Origin: an uncultured Thermoleophilia bacterium
GTDB taxonomy: Bacteria; Actinomycetota; Thermoleophilia; UBA2241
DNA: 64,000 bases
NCBI GenBank assembly: GCA_963715985.1
Contig: CAVQSP010000013.1
Location: forward strand, 1 to 64,000
Reading direction: 5' to 3'
Positions 9,589 through 18,597 of the stretch are shown piece after piece (positions within the stretch are counted from its first letter, which is position 1; every line of letters begins with the position of its first letter). The notes beneath the pieces were generated by a model that was given only the letters and a program-made list of their open reading frames with translations, did no database searches and was not told the origin of the DNA. A program made the position numbers and the translations under genes.

Positions 9589-9616
9589 TTGCCAATCATA
9601 ACTTGTGAGTTATGAT
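9589..9616 (+). promoter_or_regulatory. TAC operon operator/promoter with perfect 9-bp inverted repeat
   Basis: atcataact-tgtg-agttatgat at 9595-9616; TTGCCA (9589) - 16 nt - TATGAT (9611); overlaps the toxin start. Confidence 0.6.
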
Positions 9617-10019
9617 GAAGCTGCGGTACGTTCAGCGCGGCATATGGACGATCCTGGCCATCTGCGACGATCGCGGCGGCTGCCCGGTGCAGGAGTTCAT
9701 CGACCGCCTCGAGACCACCAGCCAGTCGGACTACGATCAGGTCATGGCCCAGCTGGGTTGGGCGGCCGTGAATGGCCCGCCAAGAAGCGACAAGAAGTCG
9801 CGGCCCCTCGCGGACAAGATCTTCGAGCTCAAGACCAGAGCCGGCATCCGCATCCCGTACTTCTATGATCAGGACCGCTTTGTCATCTGCACAGAAGCTC
9901 TAAGAAAGCCGAAGAAGACCGAATTGCGCGCCGTGATCGCACGAGCGCTCGCGACGCGCGAACGATACTTCGAAGCCAAGCGCCGCGGGGCCGTCGAGAT
10001 GATGCAGGAGGAATCGTGA
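9612..10019 (+). CDS. RelE/HigB-family toxin of a TAC module
   Basis: CPVQEFIDRL, KSRPLADKIFELKTRAGIRIPYFY and KPKKTELRAVIARA. Confidence 0.85.
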   Translation: MMKLRYVQRGIWTILAICDDRGGCPVQEFIDRLETTSQSDYDQVMAQLGWAAVNGPPRSDKKSRPLADKIFELKTRAGIRIPYFYDQDRFVICTEALRKPKKTELRAVIARALATRERYFEAKRRGAVEMMQEES

Positions 10020-10480
10020 GCACCAGATCGTTCAGGGAGCTGTTCGCTGAGGCCGAGAGGCACCCCGACTTCCACAAGGAGCTGGCGATCCTTGAGTTCA
10101 CCGAGGAGCTCTCGCGCGTGATGCAGGACAAGGGTGTCTCGGGCACAGAGCTGGGGCGCCGCATCGGCAGCTCGCAGGCTTACATCTCGCGCGTGCTCAG
10201 CGGGGGCGCGAACTTCACGCTCGGCAGCATGACCAAGCTGGCGATGGCGCTCGGCATGGAGCTGAAGATGCACCTCGCGCCCGCCCGTGCCGCCACCGCG
10301 TGGCGGGACTTCTACCCCGCCGCCACAGTGACCGACGCGGGCGCCAGAGTCATCGAAGTTAGTTTCGCCCAGACCTCCAGAGAATCGGCACGCTTCGCCG
10401 CGGCGGCCACCACGCCGCATGGCACACTCGCGATCACGGACGAGGGAATGAGGGATGGCGCAGCCGCCTCTGCAGCTTGA
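10016..10480 (+). CDS. HigA-like HTH antitoxin with C-terminal extension (putative chaperone-addiction tail)
   Basis: MQDKGVSGTELGRRIGSSQAYISRVLSGGANFTLGSMTKLAMALG plus a ~60-aa tail; GTGA coupling to the toxin. Confidence 0.85.
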   Translation: MSTRSFRELFAEAERHPDFHKELAILEFTEELSRVMQDKGVSGTELGRRIGSSQAYISRVLSGGANFTLGSMTKLAMALGMELKMHLAPARAATAWRDFYPAATVTDAGARVIEVSFAQTSRESARFAAAATTPHGTLAITDEGMRDGAAASAA

Positions 10481-10883
10481 GGAGTCCTACTTCGACGTCG
10501 TCAGCGTGGAGGCTGCCGCGGAGTACGCCCCCGACGCCGAAGCGCGACCGCGGCGCCACGGGGTCCAGATGCAGCTCGGGCTCGCCACGGTCGACGACAG
10601 CCCCGGCGTCTGGCGAGTGTCGCTGGACATCAGACACAAGGACATCGACGAAGAGGCGCCGCGCTACCGCTTTCGCCTGCGCATCGTCGGCTTCTTCCGC
10701 TGGTGTTCCGAGGAGCAGCCTGAGGACGAGGTAGCGCGTATCGTCGCCGTCAACGGAGCGTCGATCCTCTACTCCTCGGCGCGCGAGTATCTGCTGATGA
10801 TCACGAGCCGAGCGCCGTGGGGCCAGCTCAGTCTGCCGACCATGAACTTCTCTGATGTGGCGGTGACACCAGCGTCAGAGTGA
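10455..10883 (+). CDS. SecB-like chaperone of a TAC module
   Basis: PLQLEESYF, YRFRLRIVGFF and VNGASILYSSAREYLLMITSRAPWGQLSLPTMNF (SecB C-terminal pattern). Confidence 0.85.
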   Translation: MAQPPLQLEESYFDVVSVEAAAEYAPDAEARPRRHGVQMQLGLATVDDSPGVWRVSLDIRHKDIDEEAPRYRFRLRIVGFFRWCSEEQPEDEVARIVAVNGASILYSSAREYLLMITSRAPWGQLSLPTMNFSDVAVTPASE

Positions 10884-11008
10884 CGCCGTCAGCCGTCGGC
10901 AGCAGCTTGGTCGGCTTCGGAGAGCGAGCGGCCTCGGCGTCTTCGTACGGTCATGAAGCCGCCTTCGGGCCTGAGAAGCGCCGTGGACGAACGCCACAGA
11001 GCGGTGCG

Positions 11009-11280
11009 TGGGACTCGGCGAGGTTCTCGTTCTCGTCGTGGCGTAGCACGCGCATGAGGACGTTGTCGCCCTCGCCGATGGAGGCCAGCGCCCGCGACGG
11101 GTCGTCCGGGTCGGGGCCGATAAGCAGGTAGAGGCCGGTGCGCCGGACCTCCTCCCTCTTGCTGAGCTGGTCGAGCTGGGAGCGCGACGCGACCAGCACC
11201 TTGCCGGTCGAGTTGCTGATCTCGGCGAGGAGGATGCCGGTGGGCTCACCGTCGGCGAGGAAGATGCGGATGGTTCTGCC
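11009..11280 (-). repeat. Truncated copy 4 of the GIY-YIG gene 5' end, with internal deletion
   Basis: Homologous to ~5805-6048, then jumps to ~5727-5747 (ENL..SH); starts just after the AlbA_2 stop. Confidence 0.92.
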
Positions 11281-11292
11281 TGTGGGCGCTGC

Positions 11293-12739
11293 TCAGACCT
11301 CCTCGGACGCCCTGTCCCACCTATCCTCCAGGGGGTGGCCTATCGCCCTGTAGGCCACGGAAATCAAGCGGAGCGTCACGGCATTGGCATCCGCACCCTC
11401 TGAGACAAGATGATCCAGCACGCCCAGCGCGCGCAGGGCGTCAATCGCAATCTCGATCGAGGATGGAACGATTGGTCTGCTTGGCGCTGCTTTTCGCCAG
11501 TCCTTTGGTTCGGTGCGCAAGAGGGTGTCCGGTTCCATGCCGGGAGGCACCAGGATTGACGACTCCTCGATGAACGGCAGTCCGAATCTCCTGATTCCGT
11601 CAATGTAGTCGCTGGTGTCGACGTAGGGAATGCGACGCCACATGTTCCCGAAACGCATCTTGACGAAGACAGGCGGCCGCACCCGCTCGCGCTCCAACAG
11701 TGTCCGATGCTTGGCCATGAACCCAACGAGCAGCAGCATCAGGTAGTTGACGTCGATGACATGCGCCCCCACTGCAGCCCTCTCGGGCTGAAGCAGCTCG
11801 AGAAACGCCGACGTATGCTCGTAGTGGGAGAGGCCCTGACGCAGTTCGCCATGGTCGTCTGTGACCGGCCAACCGTTGATTGGCGCCGTCACCAATGTGG
11901 AGCAGTCGGGGCGGTAGGCGAGACTGGGAAGAAGCACGTAGGGCGTGTTGCCCGTAGTCATTCGAGCCACGTAGGAATCGCCCACCTGGTAGGTGCTGTC
12001 CAAGCGGATGTCGAGTAGATTCGCCTCGCTCGTCGACTCCATGACCTGACGAAACTCTCCAAAGCTGATCTTGGACTTCATGCCTCGTTCTCCGAAGGGA
12101 TCGGCCAACAAGAAGAGCTGCGCGTAGCTCAAGTTGTTCTCCGAGTCACTCAGCCTGGGGGTTTCCGACAGCCGTTCGGAGAGACGGAGCCGCTCTCTCC
12201 GACCTCGCTCCCAGAGCATGTCCAGTCGGGCGCGGTCAGTCTCAAGGACAGGGTCTGATTCATCAGCTTTTGCGCCGGTACACAAGGCCTCTACTGTGAA
12301 TGTAGGGGGCGTCGTGGCCGAATGGAACGAGAACCACCACAACGGCCCGATCGCTGGACAGCCCAATCTCGCTGCAAGGGCCTCTAAGCGTTCTGACCTC
12401 GTAGAACGGCGTCGGAGTGACGTGGTGATTTGCGGCAGTGCGGATATCGTTGCGGAGGGCGGCCACGCTGGTCAGAGATACTCCGTTGAATGAGCCCGCG
12501 CGTTTCTCGCCGTCGACCTCGTCTTCATCTATGCCGTAGAAGAGCCATCCGCCCTCGCTGTTGGCGAAGGCGCTGATGGACATGGCAATCCCCAGTTTGC
12601 CATTGGACTCCCGCTTGTACTCGACCCACCATCCCTCTGGCACCCCTCGCAGCGCAGCGAGATCACGGGGTCTCAGTCTCGCAAGGGCTCTGCGAAATGG
12701 ACTGAATCGAACCCCACTTGAAGAACCCTCACCAGTCAC
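11293..12739 (-). CDS. AlbA_2 (Schlafen-like) domain protein, one frameshift near 12270
   Basis: EGWWVEYKRE..ISAFANSEGGWLFYGIDE..APYIHSRGLVYRR, continuing into ORF 11293-12366; overlaps the hsdS stop; visibly lower GC. Confidence 0.8.
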
Positions 12740-14000
12740 TGGGGCCTCCCAGGGGGAGCGGAGCCTTGAGAAGCCTGGGCATGATGGTGTCGCGCGTCGA
12801 AACGAGCAGGCGCGATGTCGTGTCGTTCCTGGCTAGAATCTGCAGCACGGGCGCGAGGATCGTCTCAAACGCTTCGATCACGCTCGGCGGTGGCACGATA
12901 ACGCGAAGCTCTCTGAAATCCTTGCTGTTGATGGATCCGAAGACGGTTCCGCCTGACTCGAAGTCGTCGAATCGTCGCCTCAGCGAGCGCATCATCTCGT
13001 ATGTGTAGGCCGTGGCGCCGGACACGTGTCGAACTGCCGCCAGTCCGCGACCGATGCAGCATTCTTCACGGGCCATGTTGACATCACCCACAGGTGCGCG
13101 CACCGATACGAGCGTGTCGCCTGATCGGGCGCAACGGGAGGGTGCCACGCAATAGACCCGGCGCGTAGGGTAACGACGGCCGAAGTCCCGACGACCTTGG
13201 TAGAACGGCAGCCCCCGGCCGGCCTCATTGTAGGTACTTCCCGGCGGAGACTGTCCCATCGTGATCATGAAGCTCTCGTGACATGGACCGACGTGCCAGC
13301 CCAGGGGAACTTCGTCGTCCCCAACAGCGGTCAGAGTCGATGGGAAGAGGGCGGCGAGGTCGGGCGGTAGCCCGACCTCGCCGCCCTCCATCTTCTTGCG
13401 CACAGGGTCAAAGTCGATGAACCAAGACCCGAAGATGGCGCGGGCGATCGACTCGAGGGTGCGGTTCATGCGGCGGTTGAGTTCGATCCTGTCGTCCAGA
13501 GCACGAAGGGCCGATGTTGCCTTGTCGCGCTCGTGCCTGTCGGGAAGCGGAATGGGCAACTCGCGAAGGTCCTGCAGGTTCAGCGTCGCCTGCACGGTGG
13601 TCGTAGCGCGGGTGCGCATATGGTGCCGTAGCGTCGGACTCCTGAGAACATAGGCAATCCAGTCTGCCCCGATGTCATCGCGCACTGGTACGACGGCCAC
13701 AGCGCGTGCGACGTTTCAGCCCCGGAGACCAACGGGTACGACGGCGGTCTCGCCGAGAGATCCGACCAGCGAGACCAGGACCTCTCCGCCGCGGAGGCGC
13801 GTACGACCGTACCTAGCCTCAACATCGGCGGCGACTCGTTTGACGTCGTCAGTCACTATGCGTCCGTCTTGCAGGTTGTTGACGCGGATGATTGGCACTC
13901 CCTCTTCGCACAGATAGCCGGGCTGAACGATACCGTAGGTGATTCCGCGCTCGTCGACGAGGTCGCCCAGTCGGACTTCGGGCCAGTCGTCAGAGCTCAT
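12729..14000 (-). CDS. hsdS: Type I R-M specificity subunit, frameshift near 13715
   Basis: [59 protein letters not shown] and RDTIMPRLL. Confidence 0.93.
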
Positions 14001-15614
14001 AGCCCAACCGGCCGAGGTTCGCTCTGATGACCTGCTCCAGCCTTGACGACTCGGCGAATTGCTCGCGCGAGTTCCGACGTCAGCCGCTCCATCTTCTTGT
14101 CGAACGGCTCGACGTCGTCTTCGGCGTCGGCGGCGCCGACGTAGCGGCCGGGCGTCAGGACGTAACCGTGCTCGGCAATGCGCTCGGTCGTCGCGCTCGC
14201 GCAGAATCCGGGCACGTCGGCGTAGCCGGACGTGCCCGGCTCGCTCCGCTTCGCCGCGCCACGCGTGATACGTCCCGGCGATGCGCGCGATGTCCTCGTC
14301 ACTCAGCTCCTTGTGCGTGCGGTCGACGAGGGCGCCCATCTGGCGCGCGTCGATGAACAGCGTCTCGCGACGGCGGTCGCGGCAGCGGCCGCCGCTCCCC
14401 GGTCCGTCGCCCTTGTCGCGCGCCAGGAACCACAGGCACACGGGGATCTGCGTCTGGTAGAAGAGCTGGCCGGGCAGGGCGATCATGCAGTCGACGAGGT
14501 CGGCCTCCACGAGCTGCTTGCGGATCTCGCCCTCCCCGCTCTGCTGCGAGCTCATCGAGCCGTTGGCGAGCACGAAGCCGGCCACGCCCTGCGGCGCCAG
14601 GTGGTGGACCATGTGCTGCACCCAGGCGAAGTTGGCGTTGCCCGCCGGCGGCGGGCCGTACTTCCAGCGCACGTCATCGCGCAGGCGGTCGCCGCCCCAG
14701 TCGCTCACGTTGAAGGGCGGGTTGGCGAGGATGAAGTCGGCCTTGAGGTCCAGGTGCTGGTCGGCGTGGAAGGTGTCGGCGTTGTGCGGCCCCAGGTCGC
14801 CCTCGAGCCCGCGGATGGCGAGGTTCATCTTGGCGAGGCGCCAAGTGGTGGGGTTGCTCTCCTGTCCGTAGATGGCGATGTCGCCGAGGCGGCCGCCGTG
14901 CTCCTCCACGAAGCGCTCGCTCTGCACGAACATGCCGCCGGAGCCGCAGCAGGGGTCGTAGACGCGGCCCTCGTAGGGCTCGATCATCTCGACCAGCAGC
15001 TTGACCACGCAGCGCGGCGTGTAGAACTCGCCGCCGCCCTTGCCCTCGGCGCTGGCGAAGCGCCCGAGGAAGTACTCGTAGACGCGCCCGAGGATGTCCT
15101 TCGAGCGACTGTCCTCGTCACCCATGGCGATCGTGCCGATGAGGTCGATGAGCTCGCCGAGCTGCGTCTTGTCGATGTCCGGGCGCGCGTAGTTCTTGCT
15201 GAGCACGCCCTTGAACTGCGGGTTCTCGCGCTCGATGGCGACCATGGCGTCGTCGATCGTCTTGCCGATCTCGGGCTGGCGCGCACCGGCCTGCAGGTGC
15301 TCCCAGCGCGCCTCGCGCGGCACCCAGAAGACGTTGTCGGCGCGGTACTCGTCGCGGTCCTCGGGGTCGAGGCCGGACTCGCCGGGGCCGCCGGCCGCAA
15401 GACTCGTGGCGGCCTCCGCCTCGGCCTCCGCAACCAGGGCCGAGTGCTTCTCCTCGAAGGCGTCCGAGATGTACTTGAGGAAGATGAGGCCGAGCACCAC
15501 ATGCTTGTACTCGGCCGGGTCCATGTGGCCGCGCATCTTGTCGGCCGCGGCCCACAGCTTCTGCTCGAAGCCGAGGGGCTCGTTGCCGTTGGTGGTCTTC
15601 CTACTCCGTGCCAT
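13997..15614 (-). CDS. hsdM: Type I R-M N6-adenine methyltransferase, C-terminal frameshifts
   Basis: [52 protein letters not shown]; C-terminal [10 protein letters not shown] in ORF 13997-14302. Confidence 0.96.
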
Positions 15615-15899
15615 AGCCCACAGGTGCTTGTGCGAGTGTTGCCATGTGCCCCTCCACGAGTGTGTTGGTTGGCATTGTAGTCCCCGGGTCGGACGGTCGG
15701 GTGACGATCAGGGGCTCGGCGCCGTGTTCCGTCTGTGCCGTCTTGGGAGAGAATCCGCACGAGGAGGGTGTCGGACGGCCGTGGACGGCCGCCCGCGGGC
15801 CGACGAGGAGGAGCGAGATGGGCAGCACGTCGGGTGCCAAGGGACCGAGCGGCGAGGGCGGCGCGTCCGCGAAGAAGGCGCCGAAGGTGACGCCGCGAT

Positions 15900-17357
15900 G
15901 TGACGCCCGCGCCGCGGGCCCGGCGTTCCACCCTGCCCGGCGCCGAGGAGATGCGCCGGCACACCCGCGAGGAGCGCATGCTCATCGGCCGGGCGGCGCG
16001 GCAGGGTACTCCGCGCGAGGCGCACGGCGCCTGGCGGCCCGCTGCCGACCGCCCCGACCCCATCGCCTTGCTCGAGGATCAGGCCGCGTCCCGGGTCGCG
16101 GAGCTCATCCCCATCCGCCACGGGCGCATGGCCGCCTCGCCGTTCGCGTTCTACCGCGGCGGCGCGCTCACCATGGCGGCCGATCTCGCCGCGACACCTG
16201 ACTCGGGCATCCCCGTGCAGCTGTGCGGCGACGCGCACCTCTCCAACTTCGGCCTGTTCGCGTCGCCCGAGCGCCAGATGCTCTTCGACATCAACGACTT
16301 TGACGAGACGCTGCCGGGCCCGTGGGAGTGGGACGTCAAGCGCCTTGCGGCGAGCTTCGAAGTCGCCGGCCGCGAGCTCGGCCACTCCGCGGCGGACAGG
16401 CGCGCCGTGGTGCTCACCGCCGTGGGCGAGTACCGGCGCGCCATGCTCCGCGCCTCCGAGATGGGGGTCCTCGAGGCCTGGTACGCGCACCTCACGGCCT
16501 CCGACGTGATGCGCATGGTGGAGGAGGAGGCGACCGAAGGCCGCCTGGGCCGCAAGGAGGCCAAGGCTGCGCAGAAGGTGGTGGACAAGGCGCGCTCCCG
16601 CGTCCACCGGCGCGCCTTCGACAGGCTGGTACGCGTCGTGAACGGCGAGCTGCGTATCGCTCCCGACCCCCCGCTGATCGTGCCCATCGACGACCTCGTG
16701 GCTCCGGGTGCGCGGCGCGAGGACACAGAGGACTGGGCGATGCTCCTCGTCGACGCCTACCGCCAGTCGCTGGCCGACGAGCACCACCCCCTGGAGGAGT
16801 TCCGCTACGTCGACTCAGCGCGCAAGGTCGTGGGCGTGGGCAGCGTGGGGACCCGCTGCTGGATCGACCTCTTCCTCGGCCGGGACATGGGCAACCCCCT
16901 GATCCTGCAGACCAAGGAAGCCCCGCCGTCGGTGCTGGAGCGCTTCCTGGGGCGCAGCGAGTTCAGTCACTGCGGCCGGCGTGTGGTGGCGGGTCAGCGG
17001 CTCATGCAGGCGGCCAGCGACATCTTCCTCGGCTGGCTGCGCTTCAAGGACCTGGACGGCCAGATGCGCGACTTCTACGTGCGCCAGTTGCACGACTGGA
17101 AGGGCGCCGTGGAGATCGAGAGCCTGCGCGTGAATGGGGCCACGCTATACGCGCGGCTGTGCGGCGGGACCCTGGCCCGCGCGCATGCGCGCGCTTGCGA
17201 CAGGGTCGCCATCGCCTCGTACCTGGGCAAGGGCGACGCCTTCGACGAGGCGGTGGCCGACTTCTCGGCCGCCTACGCCGACCAGAACGAGCGCGACTAC
17301 ACGACCTTCATGAAGGCCATCAAGTCCGGCCGGCTGCAGGCCGAGACCGGCGTGTAG
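15900..17357 (+). CDS. DUF2252 family protein
   Basis: RHGRMAASPFAFYRG, CGDAHLSNFG, FDINDFDE, KVVGVGSVGTR and FYVRQLHDWKG. Confidence 0.92.
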   Translation: MTPAPRARRSTLPGAEEMRRHTREERMLIGRAARQGTPREAHGAWRPAADRPDPIALLEDQAASRVAELIPIRHGRMAASPFAFYRGGALTMAADLAATPDSGIPVQLCGDAHLSNFGLFASPERQMLFDINDFDETLPGPWEWDVKRLAASFEVAGRELGHSAADRRAVVLTAVGEYRRAMLRASEMGVLEAWYAHLTASDVMRMVEEEATEGRLGRKEAKAAQKVVDKARSRVHRRAFDRLVRVVNGELRIAPDPPLIVPIDDLVAPGARREDTEDWAMLLVDAYRQSLADEHHPLEEFRYVDSARKVVGVGSVGTRCWIDLFLGRDMGNPLILQTKEAPPSVLERFLGRSEFSHCGRRVVAGQRLMQAASDIFLGWLRFKDLDGQMRDFYVRQLHDWKGAVEIESLRVNGATLYARLCGGTLARAHARACDRVAIASYLGKGDAFDEAVADFSAAYADQNERDYTTFMKAIKSGRLQAETGV

Positions 17358-17361
17358 TGCC

Positions 17362-17706
17362 CTACGCCAGCACGACGGCGGTGCCGTAAGCGACGATCTC
17401 CGCCAGGTTGCCCTCGCCCATCTCCGTGGAGTCGAAGCGCATACTGACCACGGCGTTGGCCCCCATGGCCTGGGCGTGCTCCACGAGCCGCTGCACGGCC
17501 GTGTGGCGCGCCTCCTCCACCGTCATCGTGAACTCCGGGATCTCACCCTTCTTGAGGGACCGGATGCCGCCCGTGAGCCCGCGCGTGAAGCCCATGGAGC
17601 GGGCGATGACGCCGAAGGCCGGGCCTACGTAGTGCGCTATCTCCCGGCCGGCGATCGTGGGACTCGTTGCCACCGGGATCGCGTACGGTTCGTTGAGCAT
17701 CGCCAT
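17362..17706 (-). CDS. YbjQ/UPF0145 family protein
   Basis: GEIPEFTMTVEEARHTAVQRLVEHAQAMGANAVVSMRFD..EIVAYGTAV. Confidence 0.9.
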   Translation of the reverse strand: MAMLNEPYAIPVATSPTIAGREIAHYVGPAFGVIARSMGFTRGLTGGIRSLKKGEIPEFTMTVEEARHTAVQRLVEHAQAMGANAVVSMRFDSTEMGEGNLAEIVAYGTAVVLA

Positions 17707-17708
17707 GG

Positions 17709-17942
17709 TCAGTCCTCCTCCGCTCGCTGGGAACGGCGCCGCAGCCACACGACGATGGCCGCGCCGCTGATGGCGACGATGGCGACGAGGGCCCACGTCG
17801 CTGTCGAGGTGCCGCCGTCGCTCACGGTGCTGGTCGTCGCGTCCGGCGCGGGCGAAGCCGACGAGGCCGGCACCGCCAACGGCGCCACCAGCAGTACCAG
17901 CAGCGTCAGGACAAGTACGGCCACCAGGATCGTGCGTCTCAT
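17709..17942 (-). CDS. Small membrane/secreted protein
   Basis: Signal-like N-terminus, Ser/Thr linker, C-terminal TM helix and RRR; SD ggaggag. Confidence 0.7.
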   Translation of the reverse strand: MRRTILVAVLVLTLLVLLVAPLAVPASSASPAPDATTSTVSDGGTSTATWALVAIVAISGAAIVVWLRRRSQRAEED

Positions 17943-18143
17943 GCGGTCAGCTCCTCCTCCGGTTTGCCAAGAGCATCGCGGCGCAAGGGCCCTGCGGTCT
18001 CCGCTTCGCCCCGTGTGTCATCCTATCCCGCCGGCAGCGCGTCAACGGTTTGCCCTGTGTTGATAGGGGAAACCACACACGCAGGGCGGCGACGCGGCGG
18101 GCCTGCGATGCGGGCGGCGTCCTGCCTCCCGAGAGGTGGAACG

Positions 18144-18443
18144 ATGGACCTCATCCTTCAGCACACGGTCCGCGACTTCGACGCGTGGAAGCCGGTCTTC
18201 GACGAACATGAGGCTGTACGCGCCAAGTACGGGTGCCTCGGCCACACCATCTATCGCAGCAAGGACGACCCTAACGACGTGACGATCGTCACGTCCTGGG
18301 AGTCTCGCGAGCGCGCCGAGGAGTTCACCCGCGACCCGTCCCTGCGCGAGGCCATGGAGCGCGGCGGCGTGATAGGCGAGCCGCGCATCACGTGGGTCGA
18401 CAGCGTCGAGACGGTGCCGTATGCGGCGCGGCGGGCGGCATAG
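18144..18443 (+). CDS. ABM/cyclase-like dimeric alpha-beta barrel protein
   Basis: HTVRDFDAWKPVFDEH..IYRSKDDPNDV..LREAMERGGVIGEP; SD gaggtgg. Confidence 0.75.
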   Translation: MDLILQHTVRDFDAWKPVFDEHEAVRAKYGCLGHTIYRSKDDPNDVTIVTSWESRERAEEFTRDPSLREAMERGGVIGEPRITWVDSVETVPYAARRAA

Positions 18444-18515
18444 CCGGCACTGCGTCTACTGCGTGAGCGCCGCGGGCCGCCCGGAGGGGCAGCCCACGGC
18501 GCTCTGCGTTTCGAG

Positions 18516-18597
18516 GCCCCCTCGTTGACTCGCCTTCGATGGTCAGTGAGGAGTGCGCCTTCGGCGCCCCCCTCGTTGACCCGCCTTCGGCGGTCAA
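18516..18597. repeat. Tandem ~30-bp repeat with TTCG-loop hairpin between convergent genes
   Basis: cccctcgttgactcgccttcgatggtca and cccctcgttgacccgccttcggcggtca. Confidence 0.5.

Noticed and set aside
5764-11280. GIY-YIG repeats as a diversity-generating retroelement, CRISPR array or classical integron
   Set aside because: No reverse transcriptase, cas or intI gene; differences are not confined to adenines; units are ~280-bp gene fragments rather than short repeats or attC sites.
13716-15614. Apparent HsdM-HsdS fusion in the 632-aa ORF
   Set aside because: Produced by frameshifts; the normal HsdM C-terminus is in ORF 13997-14302 and hsdS has its own ATG at 14000.
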